DNA of 64,000 nucleotides from Eledone cirrhosa (GCA_964016885.1 OZ024754.1:26722001-26786000); one strand, 5' to 3'; positions 49,030 to 62,237 are shown, numbered from the stretch's first letter. The notes: a model not told the origin generated them from the letters alone. Numbers and translations: made by a program.

Positions 49030-50250
49030 AGCTGTCCGTGGGATTTACTTAAATAGTTGAGTAACCTTAGAGTTTGCTGGGGGAGAGTAATTGTTTCTAA
49101 AAATATCTATCTTAGTATTTCTGTCGGTAATGCTGGCTTCCTTAGTTTGTTCGTTGTTGTTAGAAATTGACCTGAAGTGTGATTGTTTCTAAAGAAATCT
49201 ATCTTCCTTAATTTGTCCATTGGTGTCAGTGTTGGGTTTCGTCTGTTGTCGATGCATTTTAAAGGGGTTCGTATTTAGTGATAAAATGTGATTCTTTGCT
49301 AATGCATTGAATGTAGGAAGCGTTGTCTTTAAATTTGTAGAGGGGAAAAATTCTGAAATTGGGTTGTTCATTAGAGGCGCAGGTGGAAATGTGTTCACTC
49401 AGTGCTATTTTTCTGCGTTCCCGTATTTTAATTTGGGATCTATTAACGGTCATACATTGACGAATACTGGTTTTAGTCTGTTCTATGTAGTGCTCTCGAC
49501 AGCCTGAGCTAGTTAATACATGTATCAGGTTTTCTGATGCGCATGTGATATTGCATTTCACCGTAAAGTGTTGCCCTTGTTTGAAGCAGAACTCCGATCC
49601 CTCTAATAGGTTGACGCATATAGCACAGTTGGGTCTTCCGCATTATTTTACTGTTGCTTTCGTTGTTTTGATCGACTGGACTTTGGCTTGTGTAAGGATG
49701 TTTTTAATTGATTTGGGTTGTCTTTTCCTCTCTTTATGGTGTTGTGCGTTTGAAGGATTTGATTCATTCTTTGATCACTTTTTAGTAAAGGGATGTTCTG
49801 GAGGATGGCGTTGAAGGCCTCATTGTTAAGGGGATTTGTATGTGGAGATGTATGGTAGGGCTTTCAATTTCGATTCATTCTTTAGTTAGGGTGTCTAAGA
49901 TCCTGGATACTGAGTTCTAGGGCACGTTGGAATCCATTGTTAATATGGGATGGTGGGTAATTCCTTATAATGTGTGTGTCCTTTAATTCTTCTAGTTGTA
50001 TATAACAGGTGTTTCTATCAGAAACTATTGTACAAATCCTTTTGGCTAGGTTGTAAGGGATATTCATTTTAATGTATCTCGGGTGGCATGAGTTCAATGG
50101 AAGATATTACTTGGAGTCTGTGGGCTTATATTATATGTCTGTTTCTATATTTTGTTGTTAGTTTTTCTGATAAGGATGTCGAGGAAAGGGAGTTGCTGAT
50201 GGCTGTATTCCATAGTGAATTGAATGTTTGTGTTAAGTCCATTTAGACAT
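49030..50250 (-). mobile_element. Degenerate Penelope-like fragment (RT thumb plus GIY-YIG)
   Basis: SCHPRYIKMNIPYNLAKRI, ITCASENLIH...YIEQTKTSIRQ..., FITKYEP. Confidence 0.85.
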
Positions 50251-50614
50251 GCTTTACCCCCCCCCCCCTACCAACACTATTACCACTAAGTCGACACCAA
50301 GAATATATAACGAGCAAGTGCCGCTTTCACTACCATTACTGCAATTATAGTCAACACGATCAAAGAGAGAAAGCAATAAACAAAAACGTGAACTTTTCTA
50401 TATATATATATATATGTAAACCATGTTATTTCATACCATATTCTTATTAATGTACAACTTTATTAAAAAATGTTTTTATACACTTCCGTAGCACGAAGAA
50501 ACCCACGTGGTTGAAACCGGTACAATAAATTTCTTACATTGTAAATAAATGTTTTGCTGTTATTCTATAAGAAAATACCATTACCATTTTCTACTCTCTT
50601 TTCTTTTTTACTAT

Positions 50615-50696
<82 letters not shown>

Positions 50697-51534
50697 TTAG
50701 GAATTTATTTGCTTTAATTTATGTTTCTGTGTTTATGAAAATTGTCTACATATGCTGACTACAATATATATTGTTCAATCACATGTAATACTTAATTATT
50801 TATTACACTCCATCAGAATAATAATAGCCTATAATAGTGACTATTCACTACGCGGTAGAATTTACCAATTATATATATATATGGTGGCTGCAAACTCTGC
50901 TAAGAGTATTGCAATTGCTTGTCAGATTACAGAAAATGGTGCAACCTTTAGGCTACAGCCACCCACACAAACCTGTATCATATCCTGAACAATCAATGGC
51001 TGTGCTTTGAAGGTTTGTGAAGTGGAGAAAGGCCTTGCAGTCGACCAATACAACTCTCTGAGCATCGAAAATACTACCGAAAAAGGAGAACTGGTGAACA
51101 TCATCGGATGTTTCCGAAGCCGCAGGTTTTTTTTCAGAGTTTCTCTCAGACAGAAAGGTGTTGTGATAACAACTGGGGGCCTTTCATTCCCAGGTAAAAG
51201 AAAAAGTACTTTTTGGATGGCCGTTGACTCTGCTGAGTTCCTCCACCCTATTTAATTAGAAAGTTAACAATAAAATATATAACTCCTCCATTACCAAAGG
51301 TTTCAGGACCCTAGACAATATTAACATACGTCTAGGGTTATCCCTCTATCTGACGAACGAACTAAACGTATGTGAATAATGTCTAGGGTCCTGAAACGTT
51401 TGGTAATGGAGTGGTTATATATTGTTGTTCGCTTTCTTATTAAATAGCTCTGTTTTATACATAGAGCACTCTTTTTTCCTTTGCTTTTTCTTCGGAAATA
51501 CTTAACATACACATGCGCACGCACACACACACAC

Positions 51535-51588
<54 letters not shown>

Positions 51589-51918
51589 CACACACATATA
51601 TATATATATATATATAAGAATTTAGCTTCAAGCATAACTGTATACAGATATGTATTGGAATTTCGTATTTCTAAAGATTGTCCAACAGAAATAAGGGGAA
51701 CAATCGATGTATTTGGAACTGAACTAGTTCTCATGAGAACGATCCCTCCCGCTCTTGCAATTGCTGGAGTTTAGCTATGCTCGAAGTTAAACTCTAATTC
51801 TATTCTATTATAAGTTGAGCCAACTTATGCAAATGAGATTAATCACTTCATTTACACAGACGAGAAAACTATATATTCTCGCCTGTTTTCAACTCCAGCA
51901 GTTGCAAGAGTGGGAGGG

Positions 51919-51962
51919 ATCATCCTGATGAGAACCAGTTCAGTTCGAAATGCATCGACGAT
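51919..51962 (+). ncRNA. Type I hammerhead ribozyme (same family as 23183; UG-site copy at 48461-48502)
   Basis: atcatc-CTGATGA-gaac cagttca gttc-GAAA-tgca-TC-gacgat. Confidence 0.82.
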
Positions 51963-52085
51963 TGTGCCCCTTGCATCTACTGGACACCACCAGGTGGTGA
52001 TAGCTACCGGTGTTTTTGCATAGCTACGGCTTTCTAAATGTTTATTTATAAACATACCGCATTTCTTTAGGAATACGAAATTCCA

Positions 52086-52260
<175 letters not shown>

Positions 52261-52295
52261 TCATGCATACAAATACATTATGTAAATTATTCCAG

Positions 52296-52474
52296 GCATC
52301 AATGAAGTTCATCAAAGCATTTACTTTGATAAAAGCACAGTACTGTTCCAAGCTGTTGGCACCTTCAATGATAGCATGCCAGGAACTCTAACCATAACCG
52401 CAACACTTGGTGGTATTGACTACACAAAAACGTTTGATCTCGTGGGCAAAGCAAGCAACACAGCCGTTAATAGG
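52296..52474 (+). CDS. Exon 15: repeat domain 5, second part
   Basis: attattccag|(G)INEVHQSIYFDKSTVLFQAVG...NTAVNR|gtgagt; phase 1 to 0. Confidence 0.88.
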
Positions 52475-52591
52475 GTGAGTTCTGTTTTTATCATATTTTA
52501 CTGTCAACTAAAAAACTTGTTTAAATTTCGCATTGATATTTTTTTAACCGGCACTTAATAAGCAAAGTTCGGTTTTTTTACCAAACTTTAG

Positions 52592-53281
52592 CAAAGCTGT
52601 ATTTGTGGTTATATTTATACAAAGCTGTATTTGTGGATTATATTTATACAAAGCTGTATTTGTGGATTATATTTATACAAAGCTGTATTTGTGGTTATAT
52701 TTATACAAAGCTGTATTTGTGGATTATATTTATACAAAGCTGTATTTGTGGATTATATTTATACAAAGCTGTATTTGTGGATTATATTTATACAAAGCTG
52801 TATTTGTGGATTATATTTATACAAAGCTGTATTTGTGGATTATATTTATACAAAGCTGTATTTGTGGATTATATTTATACAAAGCTGTATTTGTGGATTA
52901 TATTTATACAAAGCTGTATTTGTGGTTATATTTATACAAAGCTGTATTTGTGGATTATATTTATACAAAGCTGTATTTGTGGATTATATTTATACAAAGC
53001 TGTATTTGTGGTTATATTTATACAAAGCTGTATTTGTGGATTATATTTATACAAAGCTGTATTTGTGGTTATATTTATACAAAGCTGTATTTGTGGATTA
53101 TATTTATACAAAGCTGTATTTGTGGTTTATATTTATACAAAGCTGTATTTGTGGATTATATTTATACAAAGCTGTATTTGTGGATTATATTTATACAAAG
53201 CTGTATTTGTGGATTATATTTATACAAAGCTGTATTTGTGGTTATATTTATACAAAGCTGTATTTGTGGATTATATTTATA
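52592..53281. repeat. Minisatellite, 29/28-bp unit AAAGCTGTATTTGTGG(A)TTATATTTATAC, about 24 copies
   Basis: Head-to-tail near-identical units with no spacers. Confidence 0.95.
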
Positions 53282-53790
53282 CTAGCGCATTTCCCTTCAA
53301 CACGTTATAGTAAAATTCTGACCGGTGGCCGTCGAGACCTCAGGCGTACTTGGACCCCGTACTGCCGAGCTCCTCCGCAAAAGATCGGAACGTCAGCTGC
53401 CCGTCCAATGAAGGAGCCCCGCGGGTTGGGGTGGCTGTTGCATCGGTGTCGCTGGCCATTGCCGGCGGAAATGCTTTTGCGGTCTTGCTTTTCCTTCCTT
53501 TCCCGATTTTTTTTTATTATTTCATATTCCGTTCTTTCTTCTCAATTTAATTGTTTTTCTCATTATCTATTATATTGTATTTACATGATATCAATTTTAC
53601 ATTTAATAAATCCAATATATTTCATTTAATAATCCATGCTAACCACATTCTGCTTAGATATTCGAACCCTCGATTTTCCTTGACGTTCTTTGCCTTGTCT
53701 CTCCGAGAGTCACCGTATTTCATTTTACATCCATTTAAATGAATTACAACAATGTATGTATGTATGTATGTATGTATGTATGTATGTATG

Positions 53791-53821
<31 letters not shown>

Positions 53822-53880
53822 TGTATGTATGTATGTAATGTATGTATGTATGTAATGTATGTATGTATGTATGTATGTAA

Positions 53881-56800
53881 TGTTTTCTCTTTCTCTTAAT
53901 TTTGAGTATATTTTTTTGACCGGCCACCTTCCTGGTGGCAAGGTTGTAAAAGAAAAGAAATTGTCATCCCTTGAATCGCAAGAATGTTTTGCAAATTTTG
54001 AAGGTGCCAGCTATCGCAGCCATTTGTAGACTATGAATTAGGGAGCTGCGCTTTTTGTCCGCAAATCCAAGTTCAGTCATACTTTGGTCCAAGCGGGTTG
54101 GTATATAACCCGTAGCACCAATAATGATGGGTATGAAGCTAAAGGTGTATCTTGGATACTGGATTTGTAAACTCCTCATCAATGGTCCGTAGATGTCCTC
54201 CTTCTCCTGTATTTTTCTGACAACGTTTACATCAAGTGGGCAGCTGATCTCCACAACAGAACACGTTTTCAATGTGTGGTCCCAAACTACAATATCAGGC
54301 CGGTTGTGCTTTAATCTGGTGGCAGTTTTTATTTTCAGGTTCCACCAGTATTCCTTAGTGCCATCTGTCTCAATATATTCTTCCTCGTTTGTTGTTAATT
54401 TTGTTTTCCGAAGTGCGTTCCAGATGGTTCTAGCTATCCCATCGTGTCTCATGGGGAGGTAGTAGCGAGATGACATTCTTTCGCAGCTGGCAACAATGTG
54501 GCTTACATCCTCGATCTTTGTTTTACATAGCCTACATTTATTGTCAGCTGCTGGCCCTCCTCTTTTGTGCAGCAGATATTTGGTAGGGAGTTCTTGTTCC
54601 TGTATTGCATAGAGATATCCCTCAAGGTGTGATGTCATAAACTTGTCGGAACTCCATGCCAGGCTTTTTGAGTGGTTTATCCCCTCTATGGTCTGTGTTT
54701 TACGCCTCAAGTATCCATGCACAACTTTTTCTGTAAATTGGTCAATTTTTTTTTCTTGTTTGAACATTGAATAGGATCTTCCGATTTCTCTGGGTGAGAG
54801 ATTTATATCGGGCTTTATTCCATATCTCTCCTCCAGATCAGTCGCTATTCTAATGATATTTCTTTTTTCATGGTCATAAACCTGGGCAAGATGGTTGCCA
54901 ACCTTTTTCCTCTGTTGAAGGTGTTGCTTCAGTGTCACTATCCGGGTCTCATATGTTGTTAATATTGATTTTAGACCCCGGCCACCTTCCTTGCGTGAGA
55001 AGTATAGCCTATCCACATCACCATTGATGTTAAAGTTCCCAGTAACACTGAGAAGTTTTCGAGTTCTAACATCCATCTCACTTAGTTCTTGCAATGACCA
55101 GTTCAGTAGGCCAAATGTTGGCGTTAGAATTGGCACAGCATAAGTATTGTGGGCAATGTATTTGTTGTATGCTGACAGTTCTGATGACCATATTTTCTTT
55201 ACTCTTCTGAGGTATTCAGTTCTGGTTTTTTCCTTATTTATGGGTCCATCATATCTGACATTCTCATCCTGTCCAAGATATCTGTAGTTGTCACCTGACT
55301 GCAGAGGTTGTATTGTCAGGCCGTTCATCTCTAGATTTCTAGAGGAGGGCACAGCTCTTCCACGTTTTACTGCCAAATATGCACACTTGGACTCACCAAA
55401 TTTCATTTTGATGTCGGTTGAAAATTGTGTAATGAGGTCCAATTGTTTCTTGATGTCATTGATATTTGGCCCATACAACTTCAGGTCATCAACAAAGAAA
55501 AGATGGGAGATACTTCTGGTCCCACTTCTTTGTCGACCTTGTTTCCTGAGTAAGTAAGATAGTGGATTCAGTGAGAGAACGAAGAGTAGCACCGACAAGC
55601 TATCACCCTGAAAGATGCCCTTCTGGTAATGTATCTTATCAGTCCTAACCTGCTCCCTCTCACCTCTAAGGATCAAACTGGTGTACCAGTTCTTGGTCAG
55701 GCGTTCAACAGCAGCTACCAATGGTTGTGGGACTTTAGCTAACTGTAAAGCCTTAACAATCCACCCATGAGGTACACTATCAAATGCTTTTTGATAGTCC
55801 AGCCACACGACAGTCATGTTTCTGCGATTCTTTGTTGTTTTTTCCTGAATCATTTTGTTAGTTAGTAGGTGATCTATGCAACCCCACACCTCCCTCTTTC
55901 CACCAGCTTGCTCAGGTGTTATGATGTTGTTGGTAGCACAGTGATCCTGTAAGAACAGGTTAAGGCACCCAGTATATAATTTATACATGATGTTTTGGCA
56001 GGCAATTGGGCGGTAATTTTTAGCAAGGGTGGTTTGGCTATTTTTGGGAATGAGGAGAGTAGAGGCAGTTGATAACCATCTGGGCAGTTCTTGTGTGCCC
56101 TGAATGGTTTCTGTAAACAGCCGTATGAGATCTTGCCGATAGAAAGTGAAATTCTTCAACCAGTATCCTGTAATGAGGTCTGGGCCTGGTGATTTCCTAT
56201 TCGACATTTTCTGTAGAGCTGTTTCCAGTATTGACCCATCTATGTCATATTGTTTTGTCTGAACATGTTGGCAGTAGTCCTGTTCCAGTTCTTTTAGCCA
56301 ATTAGCTTGTCTGTTGAATCCGTCATCCGTTTCCCATACAGATCTCCAGTAGCTCTCAACCTGTTCTTTTGAAGGGGTGTCATTTACAGAGATTGAGCTT
56401 TTGCCACCGAAGCTGCGATAAACTGATTTAGGATCTCTGGCAAACAATCTATTTAGCACTTGTCGTTTATGTGCTGTTGACTTATATTTTAGTCTTTCTG
56501 TTGTAGCTGTGAGTTGTTGTTTCAACTGGTGTAATTTGGAGTTCAAAGTTTTAAATTTTGTATCTCCAAATCTTCTCTCTAACTTTTTCTTTAGGTCTTC
56601 CTGGTGTTGTGTGAAGTTGCTCTCTATGTTGCATTTCATAACGACTGCGATGTGTGAGATACTTCGTCTCAGGGACAAAATTTTGGTTTTTAAATTTCGC
56701 ATCCACGCTGGTTCAGGCTTTCTGTTTGTATCTTGATTGCGTGGTTTTGGATGTGTGTTATATGCTAGCAATGTGACAGCTGAAACATATAACAAAACAT

Positions 56801-57908
56801 TAAGCGTTTCAAATGTCGTTTCTACACCTTTAGATCGTATAGCCTTCAGATAATTGCCAGCTATTTCGTTCACCGCTTCCAATTCCAATTTAGTGGGTTC
56901 TTTACTGACTCTAGTGTTGTATGGTCTGTCACTCACATTAAGGCTGTGTATCTCTTGAAACATATCATTCCATATCACTTGTAGGGAGCCCACAAGTTTT
57001 TGGTGCTCTGTTTGTTCAGTAGAGTCATGAATTTCAGCCTCGTTGTTGATGTGGTGACAATTACTACTAGAGTCAGCTGACCTTTCTCGCTGTTCTTCAG
57101 TGGAAGTGGGATGAATTTCAGCAAAATTGTTGGTGAGCTGTTCACTGTTAGATTTAGCTGGACATTCTCTTTGTCTGTCAGTGGAGGTGGGGTGGTTGTC
57201 TACAAGGGCTGTATTTGTAGTATCACTCGATTCCGTTAGATGTATCAATTTACATCTAATGATACGTTTTGCCTGTTCATTTAAATGCTTTGGAGAAAAG
57301 TCTAATTCTGGGTGTTTGGAGTTCCATAAAGTTTTTAGCCTTTGCATAAAACCGAACTTTTGGGGTTCAGATTGTTTGTATGCTTCATATAATACTTTGT
57401 TAAGCTCGTAGGTCCACTGTGTACAACGGTTGTAATTGCGATTTGGTCGAAGGAGACTTGTACTTTTTGCCATGATGAGTTCGTCTATTCACTAATATTT
57501 CGTATTTATTTTTTAAAATAGTCGATGATCTTTAAAAGTTACGACAAAGTTCTGTCAGAATCAAATTTAAAGTTATTCACAGCTTGAGTAATATTTCTTT
57601 TCAGTTAGTTTTTAATTCTACAACTGTGTTTTATATAAATGTAATATTTCTTTATAAATGTAATATAACAACGTTGCATTTATATGTTAAAGTGTATGTA
57701 TCGTTCATATATCATAAGTGTATGTATCGTTCATATAAATAGGTGTTTTACAACACACTTACAGTTCAAACATTTATGTAGAATTATTGTATGTAATCTT
57801 ACCGCGTAATGTAGCTCAACTTTTTCCAATATATGGTATGTTGCCTTCATGTAAGCCGTAATTACACACGTCCGATTATCGGACACTGACCACAACGGTC
57901 GCCATTTT
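53881..57908 (-). mobile_element. Apparently full-length R4/Dong-like (RLE-clade) non-LTR retrotransposon inserted in a (TACA)n tract
   Basis: Single 1169-aa ORF with about 430 nt of 5' UTR and a short 3' UTR; (TATG)n tracts on both sides (53752-53880 and 57909-57963). Confidence 0.9.
53964..57473 (-). CDS. RT plus restriction-like endonuclease polyprotein
   Basis: KSPGPD, NYRPIAC, WLDYQKAFDSV, GIFQGDSLS, LFFVDDLK RT motifs; CCHC knuckle CRLC...HIVASC; RHD, RPDIVV, EISCPLD, KEDIY RLE motifs; no stops. Confidence 0.95.
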   Translation of the reverse strand: MAKSTSLLRPNRNYNRCTQWTYELNKVLYEAYKQSEPQKFGFMQRLKTLWNSKHPELDFSPKHLNEQAKRIIRCKLIHLTESSDTTNTALVDNHPTSTDRQRECPAKSNSEQLTNNFAEIHPTSTEEQRERSADSSSNCHHINNEAEIHDSTEQTEHQKLVGSLQVIWNDMFQEIHSLNVSDRPYNTRVSKEPTKLELEAVNEIAGNYLKAIRSKGVETTFETLNVLLYVSAVTLLAYNTHPKPRNQDTNRKPEPAWMRNLKTKILSLRRSISHIAVVMKCNIESNFTQHQEDLKKKLERRFGDTKFKTLNSKLHQLKQQLTATTERLKYKSTAHKRQVLNRLFARDPKSVYRSFGGKSSISVNDTPSKEQVESYWRSVWETDDGFNRQANWLKELEQDYCQHVQTKQYDIDGSILETALQKMSNRKSPGPDLITGYWLKNFTFYRQDLIRLFTETIQGTQELPRWLSTASTLLIPKNSQTTLAKNYRPIACQNIMYKLYTGCLNLFLQDHCATNNIITPEQAGGKREVWGCIDHLLTNKMIQEKTTKNRRNMTVVWLDYQKAFDSVPHGWIVKALQLAKVPQPLVAAVERLTKNWYTSLILRGEREQVRTDKIHYQKGIFQGDSLSVLLFVLSLNPLSYLLRKQGRQRSGTRSISHLFFVDDLKLYGPNINDIKKQLDLITQFSTDIKMKFGESKCAYLAVKRGRAVPSSRNLEMNGLTIQPLQSGDNYRYLGQDENVRYDGPINKEKTRTEYLRRVKKIWSSELSAYNKYIAHNTYAVPILTPTFGLLNWSLQELSEMDVRTRKLLSVTGNFNINGDVDRLYFSRKEGGRGLKSILTTYETRIVTLKQHLQQRKKVGNHLAQVYDHEKRNIIRIATDLEERYGIKPDINLSPREIGRSYSMFKQEKKIDQFTEKVVHGYLRRKTQTIEGINHSKSLAWSSDKFMTSHLEGYLYAIQEQELPTKYLLHKRGGPAADNKCRLCKTKIEDVSHIVASCERMSSRYYLPMRHDGIARTIWNALRKTKLTTNEEEYIETDGTKEYWWNLKIKTATRLKHNRPDIVVWDHTLKTCSVVEISCPLDVNVVRKIQEKEDIYGPLMRSLQIQYPRYTFSFIPIIIGATGYIPTRLDQSMTELGFADKKRSSLIHSLQMAAIAGTFKICKTFLRFKG

Positions 57909-57961
57909 ATGTATGTATGTATGTATGTATGTATGTATGTATGTATGTATGTATGTATGTA

Positions 57962-58262
57962 TGGCAACCAGTGTTATCACAACACCTTTCTAAGAGAGGG
58001 AAACTCTGAAAAAAAAAATCTGCGGCTTCGGAAGCATCCGATGATGTTCACCAGTTCTCCTTTTCGGGTAGTATTTTCGATGTTCAGAGAGTGGGATTGG
58101 TCGCGTGCAAGGCCTTTCCCCACTTAAAAAACCTTCAAAGCACGGGCATCGCTTGTTCAGGATATGTTACAGGTTCCTGAGGCTGGCCGTAGCATAAAAG
58201 TGCACCATTTTCTGTAATCTGACAAGCGATTGCAATACTCTTAGCAGAGTTTACAGCCATCA
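57962..58262 (+). mobile_element. Dispersed RTE-tail-like non-autonomous element (second copy on minus strand at about 50882-51175)
   Basis: Shared text atgatgttcaccagttctcc...ctcttagcagagtt..cagcca followed by a microsatellite tail in both copies. Confidence 0.7.
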
Positions 58263-58829
58263 TGTATGTATGTAAAAAACAAAACCTGACAAAGGGCGGA
58301 AGATCTCATAAGATTCAAACGGCCATCCCAAAGTGTGTAAATATGTGTATACATATATGCATGTGTATATATATGTATATATATATGTATATATATATGT
58401 ATATATGTGTAAATTGTTATGCAAATGTATATATATGCGCGGGAACATAGAAATAATCGGCTGCATGCCCGATCGCGAAGTTAAACCACTGGGAGTGAAG
58501 GACCCCTAGCCTTTGTCAGGACATTCTTCTTGGAGAAGGCAACTCAGGAAACTGGGATAACTCCGACATAAAACCTGCGGCTCAGTAAGAGGTTGATCTT
58601 TTCTTTTTTTCGGGTTATAGCTACTGTCGCTCTGAGAGTGGGATTGGCTCAGTGCGCAGTCTTTCCTCACTTTAAAAAGAATCTTCACGCACAGGCATTG
58701 CACGATAGTATTAATTAATAATTATTAATAATGTTATATCGTGCAATGGCCATACTCGATAACGAGGGGCAGCCATCATGTATGTATGTATGTATGTATG
58801 TATGTATGTATGTATGTATGTATGTGTGT

Positions 58830-61800
58830 AAGGTCAGGTCACCAGTTGGTGCTACTGGTAACATGTATCCCAGTACAACCTGTCCCATGGTCGGGTCGTT
58901 GGCGACTAAACTGGCAACTCCACCAAGGTTTCTTGGTGAGGAGGGTGACTTTGGACATCCTGCAGGACTAAAACAAAACCTGTCAAAGGGCAAAGGAGCT
59001 CTTAAGAGTCAATGGCCATCCAAAATCACCGGGAGAGATGACCCCTTAGCCTTTGTCAAGGCAGAATTCTAGGAGAAGGAAAACTCTGATATAACACCTG
59101 CAACTCTGATGGTATCCAATGATGTTGACTTGTTCTTTTTGGTAAATATCATCTTGGTTAAGAGAGTTGGACTGGCTTTGTGCAGTGCCTTTTCTCACTA
59201 TAAAAGCTTCACGGCACAGGCATTGCTTTATATCTGGAGATCTCTCTGCACTTGTTATATTGATGTGGAACTCTGGCTAGCCGTAGCCTAAAAAGGCAAA
59301 CTACATTACAATGAAGGTACCTAACACAATTGAAGTAAATGGCAATAAAGGCTCTGGATCAGCATCATGTGAAAGGGTCTGGCTCGGCAGGTGTCCCAGG
59401 GCGCCGCAGTCTGGGCCCGGTCGTCATCCGTCTACTGTGTGCAAATCACTCAATTTTGGGTGCTGGAATGTGCGTACTTTGCTTGATATTGAAACAAATG
59501 TACAGCGACCCGAAAGAAGATCGGCATTGGATGCCAAGGAGCTCAGGCGTTATGATATGGATGTTGTGGCCCTCTCAGAAACTCGACTTCATGGTGAGGG
59601 CCATTTCACAGAGAAATCCGGTGGATATACGTTTTACTGAAGGGGAAAGAAGGAGGGGAGGAGGGAAGCTGATGTCGCTTTTGCAATAAAAACAGTTATA
59701 ACAGACCATCTTCAGGAGCTGCCGACAGGCGTTAGTGACAGACTGATCACTGTGAGAGTTCCTCTAGAGGGTGGAAGATATGCAACCGTGATTGGTGCTT
59801 ATGCACCAACTATGGAATGCATTGACGAAGCAAAGCAGGCTTTTTATGACGAATTAAAGTCTCTTGTCTGGAAAGTGCCTGCAGCAGACACAATTTTCAT
59901 TCTTGGAGATTTTAATGCTCGCGTGGGCCGTGATTGTGAGACCTGGAGAGCTCTGGGAAAGCATGCGGTCGGAAAGTGCAATGGCAATGGACTCTTGTTA
60001 TTGCAAATGTGCACTGAACTGGACTTGTTTATTGGCAGCACTATGTTCCAACAGAAGGACAAATACAAGACAACATGGATGCATCCTGGATCAAAACAGT
60101 GGCATCTGATTGATTATGTCCTTGTGAGGCGGCGGGATGTACAGGATCTGTGCAGTGTTCGTGTGATGCGTGGGGCAGAGTGTTGGACCGACCATCGTCT
60201 GGTGTGAACAAGAGCAAAATGTGTAGTTCGTAAAAGGGAGAAACGGCGAGGGGTATCACTTCCGAAACGGCTGAACGTTGCCCGTCTGAAGGATCCTGAA
60301 GTCAGAGAAAATCTGGTTAAAAAGATAGATGCGTTAGAGTGCGTAAATGACTGGACTTCCTTTAAGGAGGCACTTTATTGGGCATGTGCTGATGTTGTTG
60401 GATTCACGGATAAGAAGCATCAGGATTGGTTTGACCAAAATGACAAGCTTATAGACAAGCTTTTGGAGGAGAAACATATGCTCCACTCCGCATTGCTTGG
60501 TAGTGATTTAAGCACCGATCGGCAGAAGGCAATCGCTGATAAGCTGAAGCTCGTAAAAGCTGATGTGCAACGAAAATTGCGTGAAATGAAGAATAAGTGG
60601 TGGAATGACAAAGCCAATGAAATACAACTTGCGTCGGATGTGAAGGATGTTAAGGCAATGTATAATCTTCTTCGTGAAGTGTATGGACCACCTACATCAC
60701 CAGTTGCGCCTCTTAGGACAAAGGATGGCAATCAGCTCCTTAGAGATCCCAATGATATCCTGTTGAGATGGCGGGAACATTTTGACGAGCTTCTCAATAG
60801 GGATTCAGAGGTTGACGAAGAGTTTATCAGGTCCATACCTGGAAAGCTGTTTAATATCAGGAGGTTCAATGCTAAGTCAAAGGTTCACTTGTCACTAATC
60901 AGGTATTTGCTTTATGCAGATGACTGTGACCTGGTAGCGCACATGGAGATTGATATGCAGCATCTCATGGATGCATTTTCTAATGCGTGTACTGCATTGG
61001 GACTTACCATAAACCTAAAAACGACAGTAGCCATGTACCAACCAGCCCCTGGGAAGCTATGTTGTGAGCCAAACATCTTGGTTTATGGTGAAAGGCTAAG
61101 GGTCGTTGGCAGTTTTGTATATCTTGGAAGCACTCTGAGTATGTCCTGCGATCTTGATGGGGAAATATCAAACAGGATTCAGAAAGCCAGTGATGCTTTT
61201 GGAAAACTGAACAAGCGTCTCTGGTCTCAACACGGAATTTCGGTAAAGACAAAGCTCAAAGTGTATCATGCGTGTGTGCTTGCGGCACTTCTTTATGCTT
61301 GTGAGAAGTGGGTGGTCTACCGTAGACAGATGAAGCGACTTGAGAGGTTCCACCAGTACTGCTTACGTGGGATCCTCGGCATAACTTGGCAAATGTTTGT
61401 CAGTGACGTCGAGGTTCTGGACAGAAGTGGCTGTGATAGTGTCGAGTCCTTGATTTTGAAACATCAGCTGCGCTGGACAGGCCATCTTGTAAGGATGAAT
61501 GACAAACGAATGCCGAAGCAGCTGCTTTATGGCGAGCTCCAAATGGGAAAAAGGAACGCGAGCAAACCCAAGATACGTTTTAAGGACTGCATCAAGGGGG
61601 CGCTCAAGAAAAGTAACATCCCTTGTGAGCACTGGGAAGCATGCGCTAGCGACCGATCGCATTGGAGGAAAGCAGTGGCTAGTGGCAAGAGTCTATTTGA
61701 GGAAACAAGAAGGCACGCGACACTAAAAAGAGATGTCCGGAAAGGAATCCATGTTGGCTTTCCCGAAGGCACTGACAGACGGCCTGACCTGACATGTGAG

Positions 61801-62148
61801 ACCTGTAATAGGGTTTGTCTGAGCATGGCAGGTCTAAAGAGTCACCTGAGAGTGCACAAGAACAGGGAAGCAGGCACCTGTGGAGCTATAAGTGTTCATC
61901 AGACGACGACATGTGATGTTTGTGGAAGGGTATGCAGGTCGAGTAGTGATCTCACACGACACCTTGGGTCACATGGTACCATGGGCCCAGCACTAGGTGT
62001 CAATAATTGTCACAAGTGTCGTGTTTGTACCAGAGTTTTCAAGTCGCTGGCTGGACTAAAAAGCCACACTCGTTCAGCGCAACGGTAGGGGTTCTCCTAC
62101 ATGGATATAAAGTAATGGCCGTACTCGAAAACGAGTTGGCAGCCACCA
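58830..62148 (+). mobile_element. RTE/BovB-like LINE, disrupted, with internal RT deletion and C-terminal C2H2 zinc fingers
   Basis: APE motifs (WNVRTL, ALSETR, AYAPT, LGDFNARVG, LIDYVL, TDHRL) broken by stops and frameshift; ORF 60463-62088 jumps from FIRSIP to GKLFNIRR then LLYADD; three C2H2 fingers; (TATG)n tail. Confidence 0.92.
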
Positions 62149-62237
62149 TGTATGTATGTATATATGGATGAATACATGCATGTATGCATGTATGTATGTA
62201 TATATGTATGTATATATGTATGTATATATGTATATAT

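Noticed and set aside
52592-53281. 29-bp repeat array resembling CRISPR, and ORFs of 226-332 aa across it
   Set aside because: Units are head-to-tail with no unique spacers and there are no cas genes in this eukaryotic intron; the ORFs are open in all three frames because the unit lacks stops
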